Shown here one piece after another: positions 54,957 to 63,970 of a stretch of 64,000 nucleotides of DNA (position 1 is the first letter of the stretch; the number at the start of each line of letters is the position of its first letter). Source of the stretch: an uncultured Candidatus Peribacteria bacterium (GTDB taxonomy: Bacteria > Patescibacteriota > Gracilibacteria > Peribacterales > Peribacteraceae); NCBI GenBank assembly GCA_964624905.1, contig CAZUYK010000009.1, positions 258 to 64,257 of the forward strand, given 5' to 3'. The notes below the pieces were generated by a model. That model was not told where the DNA came from. It worked only from the letters and a program-made list of their open reading frames with translations, and made no database searches. A program made the position numbers and the translations under genes.

Positions 54957-55877
54957 ATGCAATTGCATTCTTGGTCCGGCGCGCGCGTGCTGGTCACGGG
55001 CGGTACCGGATTCATCGGCAGCTTCGTCGTCGAGCGCCTCCTGGCCGAAGGTGCCCAGGTGCGCGTACCGTTGCGCGCCCAGAATTTCCGCGCCCTCAGC
55101 AGCCGCAGGGGGGAGATCGAATGGATCGAGGGCGACCTGCGCGATTCAGAGTACTGCGCCCGCCTCGTAGCGGGGGTGGATTACGTTTTCCACCTCGCTT
55201 CCAGCCGCCGCAACACCGAATACCACCTCAAGCGATCCAGTGATGTCATGAACGAGAACGTCCGCATGACGTTGGCCCTCATCGAGGCGCTGAAGGAGAA
55301 TCCTGTCCCTGTTACGTTCTTCAGTTCCGCGAACGTACCTCCCACCATGGACACCATCGCCATCGCACAGGCGGAGAAAGTGGATGGCTACGTGCTCGGA
55401 AAGACGATCTGCGAGACCTTGTGGTTCGTCGCATCGCACCAGCGCAATTTCCCGCTCCTCATCGTCCGCCCGGTCGGCGTGTACGGACCGCGCGATACCT
55501 TCAAGGAAGATGCCAACCTCATCCCGGCGCTCATGGTGCAGGCACGTGACAGTAAGGATTCGCTGAAGGTGCGCGGGGACGGCAGCCGCGAGCGCGCATT
55601 CCTCTACGTGGAGGATTTGGTCGAAACGCTTTTCCGTCTCATCGACGTCGATGCCCGTGGTGTGCAGTACGTGACCTCCGGCGAAGTAGTGACGGTGCAG
55701 TCCCTTGCGGAACAGATCCGTGATCTGGTGCACCCCGGCCTGAAGATCGAATCCGATTCATCCGGGCACATAGCCCAGCGCGCGGTTCCCATGCTTCCGT
55801 TGCATGAAGTGCTCACTACCATGGAATGGACGCCCCTGGCACAGGGACTGAAGGATACCTACGCTTCCTGGAGATGA
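54957..55877 (+). CDS. NAD-dependent epimerase/dehydratase family SDR
   Basis: VLVTGGTGFIGS and YVLGK (YxxxK). ORF 54879.. trimmed to MQLHSW. Confidence 0.8.
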   Translation: MQLHSWSGARVLVTGGTGFIGSFVVERLLAEGAQVRVPLRAQNFRALSSRRGEIEWIEGDLRDSEYCARLVAGVDYVFHLASSRRNTEYHLKRSSDVMNENVRMTLALIEALKENPVPVTFFSSANVPPTMDTIAIAQAEKVDGYVLGKTICETLWFVASHQRNFPLLIVRPVGVYGPRDTFKEDANLIPALMVQARDSKDSLKVRGDGSRERAFLYVEDLVETLFRLIDVDARGVQYVTSGEVVTVQSLAEQIRDLVHPGLKIESDSSGHIAQRAVPMLPLHEVLTTMEWTPLAQGLKDTYASWR

Positions 55878-56305
55878 TTACGGTCACTCTCGCTTTTCTC
55901 CGGCGTTATCCGCTTCTGAAGAAGATCGTGAAGTTTGCCATCACGGGCGGCATCGCAGCGGTCATCGACCTTGGGGGATTGCAGATCATGGTGAGGTACA
56001 TGGGTGTATCCGAGGAGGTCGCCGTGATTCTTTCGTCGCTTATCTCGGTCATTTTCGTGTTCATCTTCAACAAGATCTTTACTTTCCGCGACGGCAGCAC
56101 CCGATACGCTTCGCAGATCACCAAATTCGCGCTCGTGTACGGCTTTGCCATCATCCTGAACGGCGCGGTGTCGAACTTCTTCCTGTGGCTCGGCTTCCAT
56201 TATCTCATCGCCAAAGTCTTCGCGATCGGCATCGGCGCGGTCATCAATTTCGTCCTGTCGAACATGTTCGTGTTCCGCCAACACCCCGTCATTCCCATCA
56301 CGTAA
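55874..56305 (+). CDS. GtrA family membrane protein
   Basis: KFAITGGIAAVIDLGGL and four TM helices in about 143 aa. ATGA overlap with the upstream gene. Confidence 0.8.
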   Translation: MITVTLAFLRRYPLLKKIVKFAITGGIAAVIDLGGLQIMVRYMGVSEEVAVILSSLISVIFVFIFNKIFTFRDGSTRYASQITKFALVYGFAIILNGAVSNFFLWLGFHYLIAKVFAIGIGAVINFVLSNMFVFRQHPVIPIT

Positions 56306-57872
56306 CCGCGGGTTTCCTGCAATACACTGCGACATCCGGTCCCATGCTTTGCGCTTGGTAGAGCCAAAGGAACGTCGGAATCGTTTCCTGCCAGAGGAAC
56401 ATCGTCTTTCCTGTTCCGCCCGAACGCACGGAGAGACATGGTCGGAAGATTCTTTCGTCGGGAGTTTTCTGCGTATCCAGAATGACGACGCTTTGCGCGT
56501 CGGAGGAGTTCGACAGTGGAAGCAGCGGTCGAGCATCTGGAAGATCGTATGCTTGCGCGGCCAGGTAGCGTTCGGTCGCGGTATCCGGAAGGATGCCGAT
56601 GCTTGCGCGCGTCGGCGTGATGCCGAGCATGTATGAAGGAATGTCGGTCGCGATGGTTCCGACCGTTTCTGCCAGCACGTATTCCCTTGCCACTTGGTAG
56701 GTGTTCGCCGTAATTCCGAGGCGGAACAATTCTCCGTGCGTGAAGAGCAGCGCCGCCGTCACGACGCCGAGCGGCAAACCCGTACGCGGGAACGAGCGTC
56801 CGCCCACGACCGCAAGGAGCGGGAGAAGGACGATAACGTAGCGACCCTGCGTATTGAAGTACATTCCGAAACACAGGAGGTATGCCGCGATGTATGCGAA
56901 GATCATCAGGAGCGGGACCGACGGTTTCTCCTTTTTCAGGACAAGCGTTCCGATCGTCATGAGGGCGAAGGCCGTCAGGAGCAGTTCGCCCCCGAAAAGC
57001 GTTTGCAAGAAGACGCTCCAGCCATGCCCCGACCAGCGGTTCGCACTGCCCGTGTCGAAGTGTCCTAGGTCGATCTCCAGTTTGATAGGCTGATGGAGCG
57101 GATAGTTCCAGAGGAACGTATATCCCAACGTTGCGGATGCGAAAACGAATATGGCAATCCAGGACCATAGTTTCCATTCCATCATTCGTCGCCATTCGAT
57201 CCTTCCCGCGACCGTCACGTAGGCGATCAACGGAAACAGCAGCGAGAAGAATCCGCTCTGCAGAATGCAGAAGGAGAGTGCGGCAGATCCGAACGCGAGG
57301 CATGCGTTACGGGTCGTTTTATGTTCGGCCAATTTCAAGGAAAGCAGCAGAGTGAGCATCGTCGCTGCTGCGACGGGGATATGGGGGCGGACCGCGCTTG
57401 AAAAGGTCAGGAAGAAAACGCTGCTTAAAAGCAGCAGGACGCTTCCTTGCGAAGGTGTCGAGGGGAAGACGCGTTTGCTTACGGCGTGCGTCAGGACCGT
57501 CGTGGCAACCCCGCATGCAAGAATCGCACTACGGCTCAGGAGGTATAGGTGCCATGCGGACGTTCCGAACAGATAGGCGTCCACTTGGCCCAGGGATTGG
57601 ATTGTTCCCGCGAGTGTCAGCCCGAGAACCAGGATGACATAGAGCGGCGCGAGGACCAGCGAGGGAAGGAGGGGGTACTTGCGGACGGTCAGCAGGAAAT
57701 CGCCGAGCGTTCCATGTTGCATGCTGTCCAGGAGCTGGAACGCGAAGGTGATCATTTGCGTATCGACTTGCCGATTGCTGTCCAAGCTGTGAAACAAAAA
57801 TGCGCCCGCCGCACCGGCTGCGGTCACGCAGAGCAGGATGAACAGGGGGCGCGACAGGCGAAATGTAGGCAC
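56298..57872 (-). CDS. polytopic membrane protein, GT-C/ArnT-PMT-like glycosyltransferase candidate
   Basis: About 12-14 TM helices. The start is tentatively the GTG at 57872, because the upstream ATGs would abut the divergent gene. Confidence 0.6.
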   Translation of the reverse strand: MPTFRLSRPLFILLCVTAAGAAGAFLFHSLDSNRQVDTQMITFAFQLLDSMQHGTLGDFLLTVRKYPLLPSLVLAPLYVILVLGLTLAGTIQSLGQVDAYLFGTSAWHLYLLSRSAILACGVATTVLTHAVSKRVFPSTPSQGSVLLLLSSVFFLTFSSAVRPHIPVAAATMLTLLLSLKLAEHKTTRNACLAFGSAALSFCILQSGFFSLLFPLIAYVTVAGRIEWRRMMEWKLWSWIAIFVFASATLGYTFLWNYPLHQPIKLEIDLGHFDTGSANRWSGHGWSVFLQTLFGGELLLTAFALMTIGTLVLKKEKPSVPLLMIFAYIAAYLLCFGMYFNTQGRYVIVLLPLLAVVGGRSFPRTGLPLGVVTAALLFTHGELFRLGITANTYQVAREYVLAETVGTIATDIPSYMLGITPTRASIGILPDTATERYLAAQAYDLPDARPLLPLSNSSDAQSVVILDTQKTPDERIFRPCLSVRSGGTGKTMFLWQETIPTFLWLYQAQSMGPDVAVYCRKPAVT

Positions 57873-57924
57873 GTGCGCAGCGTATCGAATCGCACATTCA
57901 GTGGCAATTCCGCACGTCTCTTGT

Positions 57925-57953
57925 TTGTGCTCGGGAAGGGGCGACCCTATACT
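57925..57953 (+). promoter_or_regulatory. candidate promoter TTGTGC-N17-TATACT
   Basis: Hexamers at 57925-57930 and 57948-57953. The ATG at 57964 lies 10 nt after the -10. Confidence 0.35.
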
Positions 57954-57963
57954 GCTGTCCCTC

Positions 57964-59628
57964 ATGTCGTCGCAGAAAATCGCCATTATCGCCGGAGCGG
58001 GTCCCGCAGGTCTCACCGCGGCCTACGAACTCCTGAAAAGGACGGACATCAAACCGATCGTCTTCGAGGCGACGGACGCCATCGGAGGCATTGCTCAGAC
58101 GTTTAATTACAAAGGAAACCGCATCGACATCGGCGGGCACCGGTTCTTCAGCAAGAGCGACCGCGTGATGCGCTGGTGGTTCAACATCCTGCCTTTGCAG
58201 GGGGCGCCCGCGGCGGATACGGCGGAGAAAGCACATGAAATCGATTACGCGACGGAGGCGATCATGGAGTATTTGTGTCCGGAGTGCATCGAACCCGGCC
58301 TTCCGCACAAGGGCGTGACAGTCACGCGCGCTGCGCCCGATCCCGAAAAAGAGGATCGCGTGATGCTCCAGCGCCCCCGCCTTTCCCGCATCTACTATAA
58401 ACGCGCCTTCTTCCCGTATCCCATCGCCATCACGCTCACGGTGGCCAAAAGGCTGGGTTTGTGGAACACGTTCCTCATCGGCATGAGTTACATCAAGGCG
58501 CAGGCATTCCCCATCAAGGATGAAAGCTATCTCGACTCTTTCTACATCAACCGTTTCGGCAAGCGCCTCTACGAAACGTTCTTTCGCGATTACACCGAGA
58601 AGGTATGGGGCGTTCCCTGCAGCGACATCCGCAGCGACTGGGGTGCCCAACGCGTGAAGGGATTGTCGCTGCGCAGGGCCGTGTCCCATGCCATCAGGGA
58701 CCTCCTCTCCAGCGACTTCAAGAAATCCCAGGAGGAACGCGAGACAAGTCTTATCACGCGTTTCTATTACCCCAAGTTCGGTCCCGGACAGATGTGGGAG
58801 ACGGTTGCCGACGAGGTGAAGAAGTGCGGAGGGGAAGTGCGCATGAAGCACAAGATTTCCGGGGTCCATATGACGGCCGGCAAAGTGACGTCCGTCACGG
58901 TAGAGGATGTGGTTACGGGAAACAGGGAAGATATCACGTGCGATCATTTCTTCTCCACCATGCCGGTGAAGCATCTCATGGGCATGATCAGTCCCAGCGT
59001 ACCGGATACGGTGCGCGAAGTGGCCGACGGGCTCGCATATCGCGACTTCCTGACGGTCGGAGTCCTACTCAACAAGCTTCACGTGAAGGAGAGGGGTAAA
59101 CATCCGGCTGCGGATGTTCCCGATAACTGGATCTATATCCAGGAAGGCGACGTCCGCGTTGGCCGCGTGCAGATATTCAACAACTGGAGCCCGTACATGG
59201 TCGACAACTACAGGGACCATGTGTGGATCGGCATGGAGTACTTCGTAAACGAGGGCGGGGATCTGTGGGTGATGGACGACAAGAAATTGATCGAGTTCGG
59301 CATCGCGGAGCTGGAGAAAATCGACTTCATCAGGAAAGAAGACGTCGTCGACGCGTGCGTCTTGCGTATGCCCAAGGCCTATCCGGCTTACATCGGTAGT
59401 TATGATCAATTGGACACAGTGCGTGATTTCGTCGTCAAAATCCCGAACCTGCACCTCATCGGGCGCAACGGCATGCACCGCTACAACAACCAGGATCACA
59501 GCATGCTCACCGCCATGATGACCGTCGACAATATCGTCGAAGGAAAGGAAGACAGCTCAAACATCTGGGATGTGAACGTCGAAATGGTGTACCACGAGGG
59601 GCACAGCAAAGAGGAGAAGGCGGCCTGA
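57964..59628 (+). CDS. NAD(P)/FAD-dependent oxidoreductase (amine-oxidase fold, UDP-galactopyranose mutase-like)
   Basis: [19 protein letters not shown] dinucleotide-binding start and [15 protein letters not shown], in a 554-aa protein. Confidence 0.65.
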   Translation: MSSQKIAIIAGAGPAGLTAAYELLKRTDIKPIVFEATDAIGGIAQTFNYKGNRIDIGGHRFFSKSDRVMRWWFNILPLQGAPAADTAEKAHEIDYATEAIMEYLCPECIEPGLPHKGVTVTRAAPDPEKEDRVMLQRPRLSRIYYKRAFFPYPIAITLTVAKRLGLWNTFLIGMSYIKAQAFPIKDESYLDSFYINRFGKRLYETFFRDYTEKVWGVPCSDIRSDWGAQRVKGLSLRRAVSHAIRDLLSSDFKKSQEERETSLITRFYYPKFGPGQMWETVADEVKKCGGEVRMKHKISGVHMTAGKVTSVTVEDVVTGNREDITCDHFFSTMPVKHLMGMISPSVPDTVREVADGLAYRDFLTVGVLLNKLHVKERGKHPAADVPDNWIYIQEGDVRVGRVQIFNNWSPYMVDNYRDHVWIGMEYFVNEGGDLWVMDDKKLIEFGIAELEKIDFIRKEDVVDACVLRMPKAYPAYIGSYDQLDTVRDFVVKIPNLHLIGRNGMHRYNNQDHSMLTAMMTVDNIVEGKEDSSNIWDVNVEMVYHEGHSKEEKAA

Positions 59629-59634
59629 TCGTGA

Positions 59635-60543
59635 TCAGGTATTCGCTTTGTACCACTCCACGGCCTTGGTTACACCTTCTTTGAACGGCGTCTTCGGGTC
59701 ATAGCCGAAGGCCTTCCTGGCCCTGTCGATGTTCGCGATGTAGCGCGAAATCTCACCCGTGCGCATCTGCGTCACGGTGACTTCGCCGGTGGCGCCCAGA
59801 AGTTCTTTCATAAGATCCGCGAGAGCGGTGATGGTCGAGCCTTCGCCGTAGGCCAGGTTGTAGGTGTTGTTCTTCGCCTTGTCGAAATTCAGGAGTGCTT
59901 TCACGATGCCGTCGATCGCGTCGTCGATGTAGGTGAAATCCAGGCACTTCTCTCCGAACACCGTCATCGGTTCGTTGTTCCTGCATTTGCGGAAGAAGAG
60001 CGGCACCACGCGGTCGGATTCGTCGTACATGCCGTACACGTTGCTGAAGCGGATGATGACGTGGTCCACGCCGTAGCAGCGCGTATAACTCTCCACGAAC
60101 GCTTCGCCCGCGATCTTGCTGGCGGTGTAGGGGCTGGCGCAGTTCTCCATGCGCGCCATGTCTTCGGTGTAGCTGTCCTGCGCGGGGATGTTGCCGTAGG
60201 TCTCGCGGGAGGAGGCGAAGAAGAACTTCTTGATGCCGTTCTTGCGGCAGAACTCCAGCATGTTGTACGTATCCTTCACGTTATCCAATGCGCGGTCCGG
60301 GTCGATCACCAGGTCGTGCACGCGGGCGTTGGCCGCCAGATGGATAACGGCCTCCACGTCCGTCGGCAGTTTTTTCATCGCTTCCGGGTCGCGCAAATCC
60401 GCATCAATCGTCACGGCTTGCACGCTCGGCTGCCACTTGTTCGCAACCCAGTCCGCCCCAACAACATCATGACCGTCGGCCAAGAGGCGTTCGCAGAGAC
60501 GGGTGCCGATGGTGCCGGAGGAACCGGTGACGAGGATTTTCAT
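59635..60543 (-). CDS. NAD-dependent epimerase/dehydratase family SDR
   Basis: MKILVTGSSGTIG and YTASK (YxxxK). Confidence 0.8.
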   Translation of the reverse strand: MKILVTGSSGTIGTRLCERLLADGHDVVGADWVANKWQPSVQAVTIDADLRDPEAMKKLPTDVEAVIHLAANARVHDLVIDPDRALDNVKDTYNMLEFCRKNGIKKFFFASSRETYGNIPAQDSYTEDMARMENCASPYTASKIAGEAFVESYTRCYGVDHVIIRFSNVYGMYDESDRVVPLFFRKCRNNEPMTVFGEKCLDFTYIDDAIDGIVKALLNFDKAKNNTYNLAYGEGSTITALADLMKELLGATGEVTVTQMRTGEISRYIANIDRARKAFGYDPKTPFKEGVTKAVEWYKANT

Positions 60544-60567
60544 GGAGAGGTATGGTAGTGTGTAAAC

Positions 60568-61542
60568 GTGCGTGTTTCCCTCATTTTGCCGACCTACAAT
60601 GAGGCCTCCAATCTAACGGAGGTGCTGGAACGTGTCCATGAAACACTCGATCCTTTCGAGGTGATCGTCGTGGACGATAACTCTCCCGACCGTACGTGGG
60701 AATTGGCCGGTGCATTGCAATCCACGTATCCGTCCTTGCGCGTCATCCGGCGCGTGGGCCGCAGGGGTTTGTCTTCCGCCGTCATCGAAGGATTCGAAGC
60801 GGCGAAGGGGGACATGTTCATCGTCATGGATGCCGATCTGCAGCACGATCCGACGTTGTTGCCCCGCATCCAAAACGCCATCGGGGAAGGTGCGCAGGTC
60901 GCTTTGGCGTCGCGTTATACCGAAGGCGGCGACACGAAGGATTGGAGGTGGATACGCCGCATGCTCAGCCGCACCGCGACCCACCTGGTGCAGCTGCTGG
61001 TTCCCCAAGGAGTCACCGATCCCATGAGCGGGTTTTTCGCCGTACGCCGCGAAACGTATCGTTCGGTCGCGTCGCATTTGCGCCCCCAAGGATTCAAGAT
61101 CCTCTTCGAGATCCTCTCGTTCCTGCCGCGCGGCACGCGCATCGCGGAGGTTCCGTTCCATTTTGGCATTCGGGAGAGGGGGAAGAGCAAACTCACGCTG
61201 CTCGTGCAGATGCAATTCCTTTGGCAGGTCCTGCGTACCGCCGTCCGCCGCCTGCAAATCCCGCTGTTCGTCGTCATTTCGGGCATTATTACCATAGTCT
61301 GTTTGTGGAGATTGTGGGATCTGCGACTGCTCTACACGAACGCGACCTACAGGTCCTACGTGCACCAGGGCATGACGTCGCTCTCCGATGCGCGCGGCTG
61401 GCCGCTATCCGATCTCTCCGTCCGCGCGGTCTATAGCGACCGGGTCCGCCTCATTCATCGCGTTCATCGCAAAGGTCCCGACGCAGTCGATTGTCTTGAT
61501 CTGCCGTTTGAATCCGATGCCGTCCTCCCATGCAGCGACTGA
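60568..61542 (+). CDS. GT2 polyprenol-phosphate mannosyl/glucosyl transferase (DPM1/Ppm1-like) with C-terminal TM and extension
   Basis: GTG start. LILPTYNE, VVDDNSPD, LSSAVIEGF and MDADLQHDP. A TM helix lies near residue 240. Confidence 0.85.
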   Translation: MRVSLILPTYNEASNLTEVLERVHETLDPFEVIVVDDNSPDRTWELAGALQSTYPSLRVIRRVGRRGLSSAVIEGFEAAKGDMFIVMDADLQHDPTLLPRIQNAIGEGAQVALASRYTEGGDTKDWRWIRRMLSRTATHLVQLLVPQGVTDPMSGFFAVRRETYRSVASHLRPQGFKILFEILSFLPRGTRIAEVPFHFGIRERGKSKLTLLVQMQFLWQVLRTAVRRLQIPLFVVISGIITIVCLWRLWDLRLLYTNATYRSYVHQGMTSLSDARGWPLSDLSVRAVYSDRVRLIHRVHRKGPDAVDCLDLPFESDAVLPCSD

Positions 61543-62702
61543 TGGTTCTCATCGGCTTGGAGGCCTATGCCATGCTCCTCGCATGGCTGCAGGGGGGCGT
61601 GCGTACGGATGAGGCGAAGTATCTTCTGGACATCCCGTATCCGCATCCGCCGCTCGCGCGCTGGTTCCTGTCGCTCTTCGACGGATTCGATTGGCAGGCC
61701 GGCGCCGCCCGCTTCTTCTTCGCTTCGCTTGTGGTGCAGGCGGTGTGGATCGTATGGAGGATGGGAAAGGGCATACCGCGATTGAACCGCATCGTATTGT
61801 GCGGCAGCTGGCTGTTTTCCTGGGGGGTCGTTTCGCAGGCAGGGGCGGTGATGATGGCTCCTTTGACGGCCTTGCAGGGATTGCTGTTCCTATGGCTCTT
61901 TGTTCGCGATGAGGAGGCCACGCCGTTCGCAGGTATCATCGCGCTGTTCTGGATGGCGAGCCTCTTCACGGCGTACCAGGCCGCTCTCTTCTTCCCCGTC
62001 GTCCTAGCCGTTTTCTGGAAGATGAAACTGCCTGCCTGGCAGCGGCTCGCATTCTTCCTGGTTCCGATCATTTTGCTCTGCCTCTACACGCTTACCAATC
62101 CCTTCGCACTCGCTTCCATGTTGAACCTGGCCGGGAAGGACGGGGCGGTGCCGATCTTCCTGCGCCTGCATTCCGTTCTTTGGCTATGGTTCGTGTCCGG
62201 CAGCGTCGCATTGAGCATCGCCGGCACAGCGGGCCTGCTTCGCTTTCCGCGACGGCCGGTCCTTGCTTCTTTTTTCCTGACGTGCGCGTACATCTTCGCG
62301 GGTTTCCACGGCTATTACGGCATCATTCTCGTTCCGTTCTTTGTCGTCGGGCTGGCGGATATATTGCGCGCCTGGCCGCGTCTTGCGGCGCCCTTCGCCG
62401 TATGTTTTCTCGTTGGTGCCTGCGTTCTCTTGTTCTCCAACGTACGCCTTCCATCGCGCTCCGTTGCGGATGCAACGATCGAAGTGATCGAGGCAAGGGC
62501 GCGGCAGGGCGACGTCCTCATCCAGGGAAGTTTCGGCCATGAGTGGCAGTACGAAAGCGAGTATCCGATTTTGAAATACGGCGAGTGGCTGCTGCCCAAT
62601 GCACAGGCAGTCGTGTGTCTCGGGGATGCGTGCGATATCCGCGGCAACACCGGATTCGAACGCCTCGCGGCGGCCCCTGTCGAAACCTGGATGCGCAAAT
62701 AA
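61530..62702 (+). CDS. GT-C-fold (ArnT/PMT-like) membrane glycosyltransferase
   Basis: It has an early loop motif TDEAKYLL (DE-x-x-Y type) and about 11 TM helices. An alternative ATG at 61542 would give a TGATG 1-nt overlap with the GT2 gene. Confidence 0.7.
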   Translation: MQRLMVLIGLEAYAMLLAWLQGGVRTDEAKYLLDIPYPHPPLARWFLSLFDGFDWQAGAARFFFASLVVQAVWIVWRMGKGIPRLNRIVLCGSWLFSWGVVSQAGAVMMAPLTALQGLLFLWLFVRDEEATPFAGIIALFWMASLFTAYQAALFFPVVLAVFWKMKLPAWQRLAFFLVPIILLCLYTLTNPFALASMLNLAGKDGAVPIFLRLHSVLWLWFVSGSVALSIAGTAGLLRFPRRPVLASFFLTCAYIFAGFHGYYGIILVPFFVVGLADILRAWPRLAAPFAVCFLVGACVLLFSNVRLPSRSVADATIEVIEARARQGDVLIQGSFGHEWQYESEYPILKYGEWLLPNAQAVVCLGDACDIRGNTGFERLAAAPVETWMRK

Positions 62703-62737
62703 AAAGCCGCGGGGTCAACGCGGCCTTCGTTGTTGTT
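62701..62737. terminator. bidirectional hairpin terminator
   Basis: Stem GCCGCG/CGCGGC with a 7-nt loop. The A5 run upstream gives a T5 tail on the minus strand, and a T-rich tract follows on the plus strand. Confidence 0.55.
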
Positions 62738-62752
62738 CGGTCTCTCCGGCGA

Positions 62753-62929
62753 TCAGAGCGGCAGCTTGTCGACCAAGTGCCAGAGTGCGACGCTTCCGCC
62801 TTTCAGGATTTGCTTGGGCGTCGCCTCGATCCACTGTCCGTACTGCCATGAGGCGTACAGCCAGTATCCCGTGCAACAGAGCATGTATCCCAGGACGAAG
62901 CTCGCACCACCGCGGATCATCGTGACCAT
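62753..62929 (-). CDS. small hypothetical membrane protein (58 aa)
   Basis: Hand translation gives MVTMIRGGASFVLGYMLCCTGYWLYASWQYGQWIEATPKQILKGGSVALWHLVDKLPL. AGGAA lies 7 nt upstream of the ATG. It has its own strong promoter and terminator. Confidence 0.5.
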   Translation of the reverse strand: MVTMIRGGASFVLGYMLCCTGYWLYASWQYGQWIEATPKQILKGGSVALWHLVDKLPL

Positions 62930-62971
62930 AACGCGATTCCTATTGAGAGAGAACAGGGGAACAACTTTAGT

Positions 62972-63000
62972 ATTATAAAATTAAAGAATTATTTGGTCAA
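62972..63000 (-). promoter_or_regulatory. near-consensus promoter TTGACC-N17-TATAAT (minus strand)
   Basis: The reverse complement of 62995-63000 is TTGACC and that of 62972-62977 is TATAAT, with a 17-nt spacer. The -35 lies inside the inverted repeat TTGGTCA(62993-62999)/TGACCAA(63013-63019). Confidence 0.55.
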
Positions 63001-63022
63001 ATATACTCAAAATGACCAATGA

Positions 63023-63970
63023 TCACACTTTATAGTACTCCTTGTACCATTCTACGAACTTCGGAATGCCGTCTTTAATCTGCGTCTTCGGATCGTAGCC
63101 CAGCTTCTCCTTCGCATGTTCGATGCCTGCCAGGCTGGCCTTGGTATCGCCCGGCTGCATCGGGAGGAATTCCTTTTCGCCTTCCTTGCCCAGCGCCTTT
63201 TCCAAGTAGCCGATGTAGTCCATCAACTCTTCCTTGCGTCCGCATCCCAGGTTGAAGATTTCCTCGGGATAGTTCTTGTCGACCGACGCGATGATTCCCG
63301 AGACGATGTCATCGACGTACGTGAAGTCGCGCTGCATTTTTCCTTCGCCGAAGACGGGCATTTTTTTTCCTTTCGTGATGGCGTCGGCGAAGAGGAACAA
63401 CGCCATGTCCGGGCGGCCGTACGGTCCGTAGACCGTGAAGAAGCGCAGTCCCGTCACGTTCGTTCCGTAGAGCGAATGGTAGACATGGGCCATCAGTTCG
63501 TTGTCTTTCTTGTTCATGCCGTAGAGCGACAGCTGGCTGTCCGTGCGGTCGGTTTCTTCCGCGGGATACTTGCCGTTGCTGCCGTACACGGAGCTGGATG
63601 ACGCGTAGATGAGTCCGGGGATTTTCTGCAGGCGGACTTCATCCAATACGTGGAAGAATCCCTTGATGTTGATATCCACGTACTCCGTGGGGTGATCAAA
63701 GGCGTAGCGCACGCCGGCGAGCGCCGCGAGGTGGATGACGCGATCGACTCCTTCCATGCACTTCGCCAGCGTCGGGCGGTCCAAAATGTCGCCCTTCGTG
63801 AAGCTGAATCCTTTGCGTTCCTGCAGGATTTTCAAACGTGCTTCCTTCAATGTCGGATCGTAATACGCGTTCATGTTATCCAGGCCCACGACCTCGTCGC
63901 CACGGTCGAGGAGTTTCATTGCCGTATGGAAACCGATGAATCCGGAGGAGCCAGTGAGGAGGATGCGCAT
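63023..63970 (-). CDS. NAD-dependent epimerase, UDP-glucuronate 4-epimerase (CapI/WbnF)-like
   Basis: MRILLTGSSGFIGFH, GLDNMNAYYDP.LKEARL and YGMNK (YxxxK) are typical of the CapI-type GalE subfamily. Confidence 0.85.
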   Translation of the reverse strand: MRILLTGSSGFIGFHTAMKLLDRGDEVVGLDNMNAYYDPTLKEARLKILQERKGFSFTKGDILDRPTLAKCMEGVDRVIHLAALAGVRYAFDHPTEYVDINIKGFFHVLDEVRLQKIPGLIYASSSSVYGSNGKYPAEETDRTDSQLSLYGMNKKDNELMAHVYHSLYGTNVTGLRFFTVYGPYGRPDMALFLFADAITKGKKMPVFGEGKMQRDFTYVDDIVSGIIASVDKNYPEEIFNLGCGRKEELMDYIGYLEKALGKEGEKEFLPMQPGDTKASLAGIEHAKEKLGYDPKTQIKDGIPKFVEWYKEYYKV

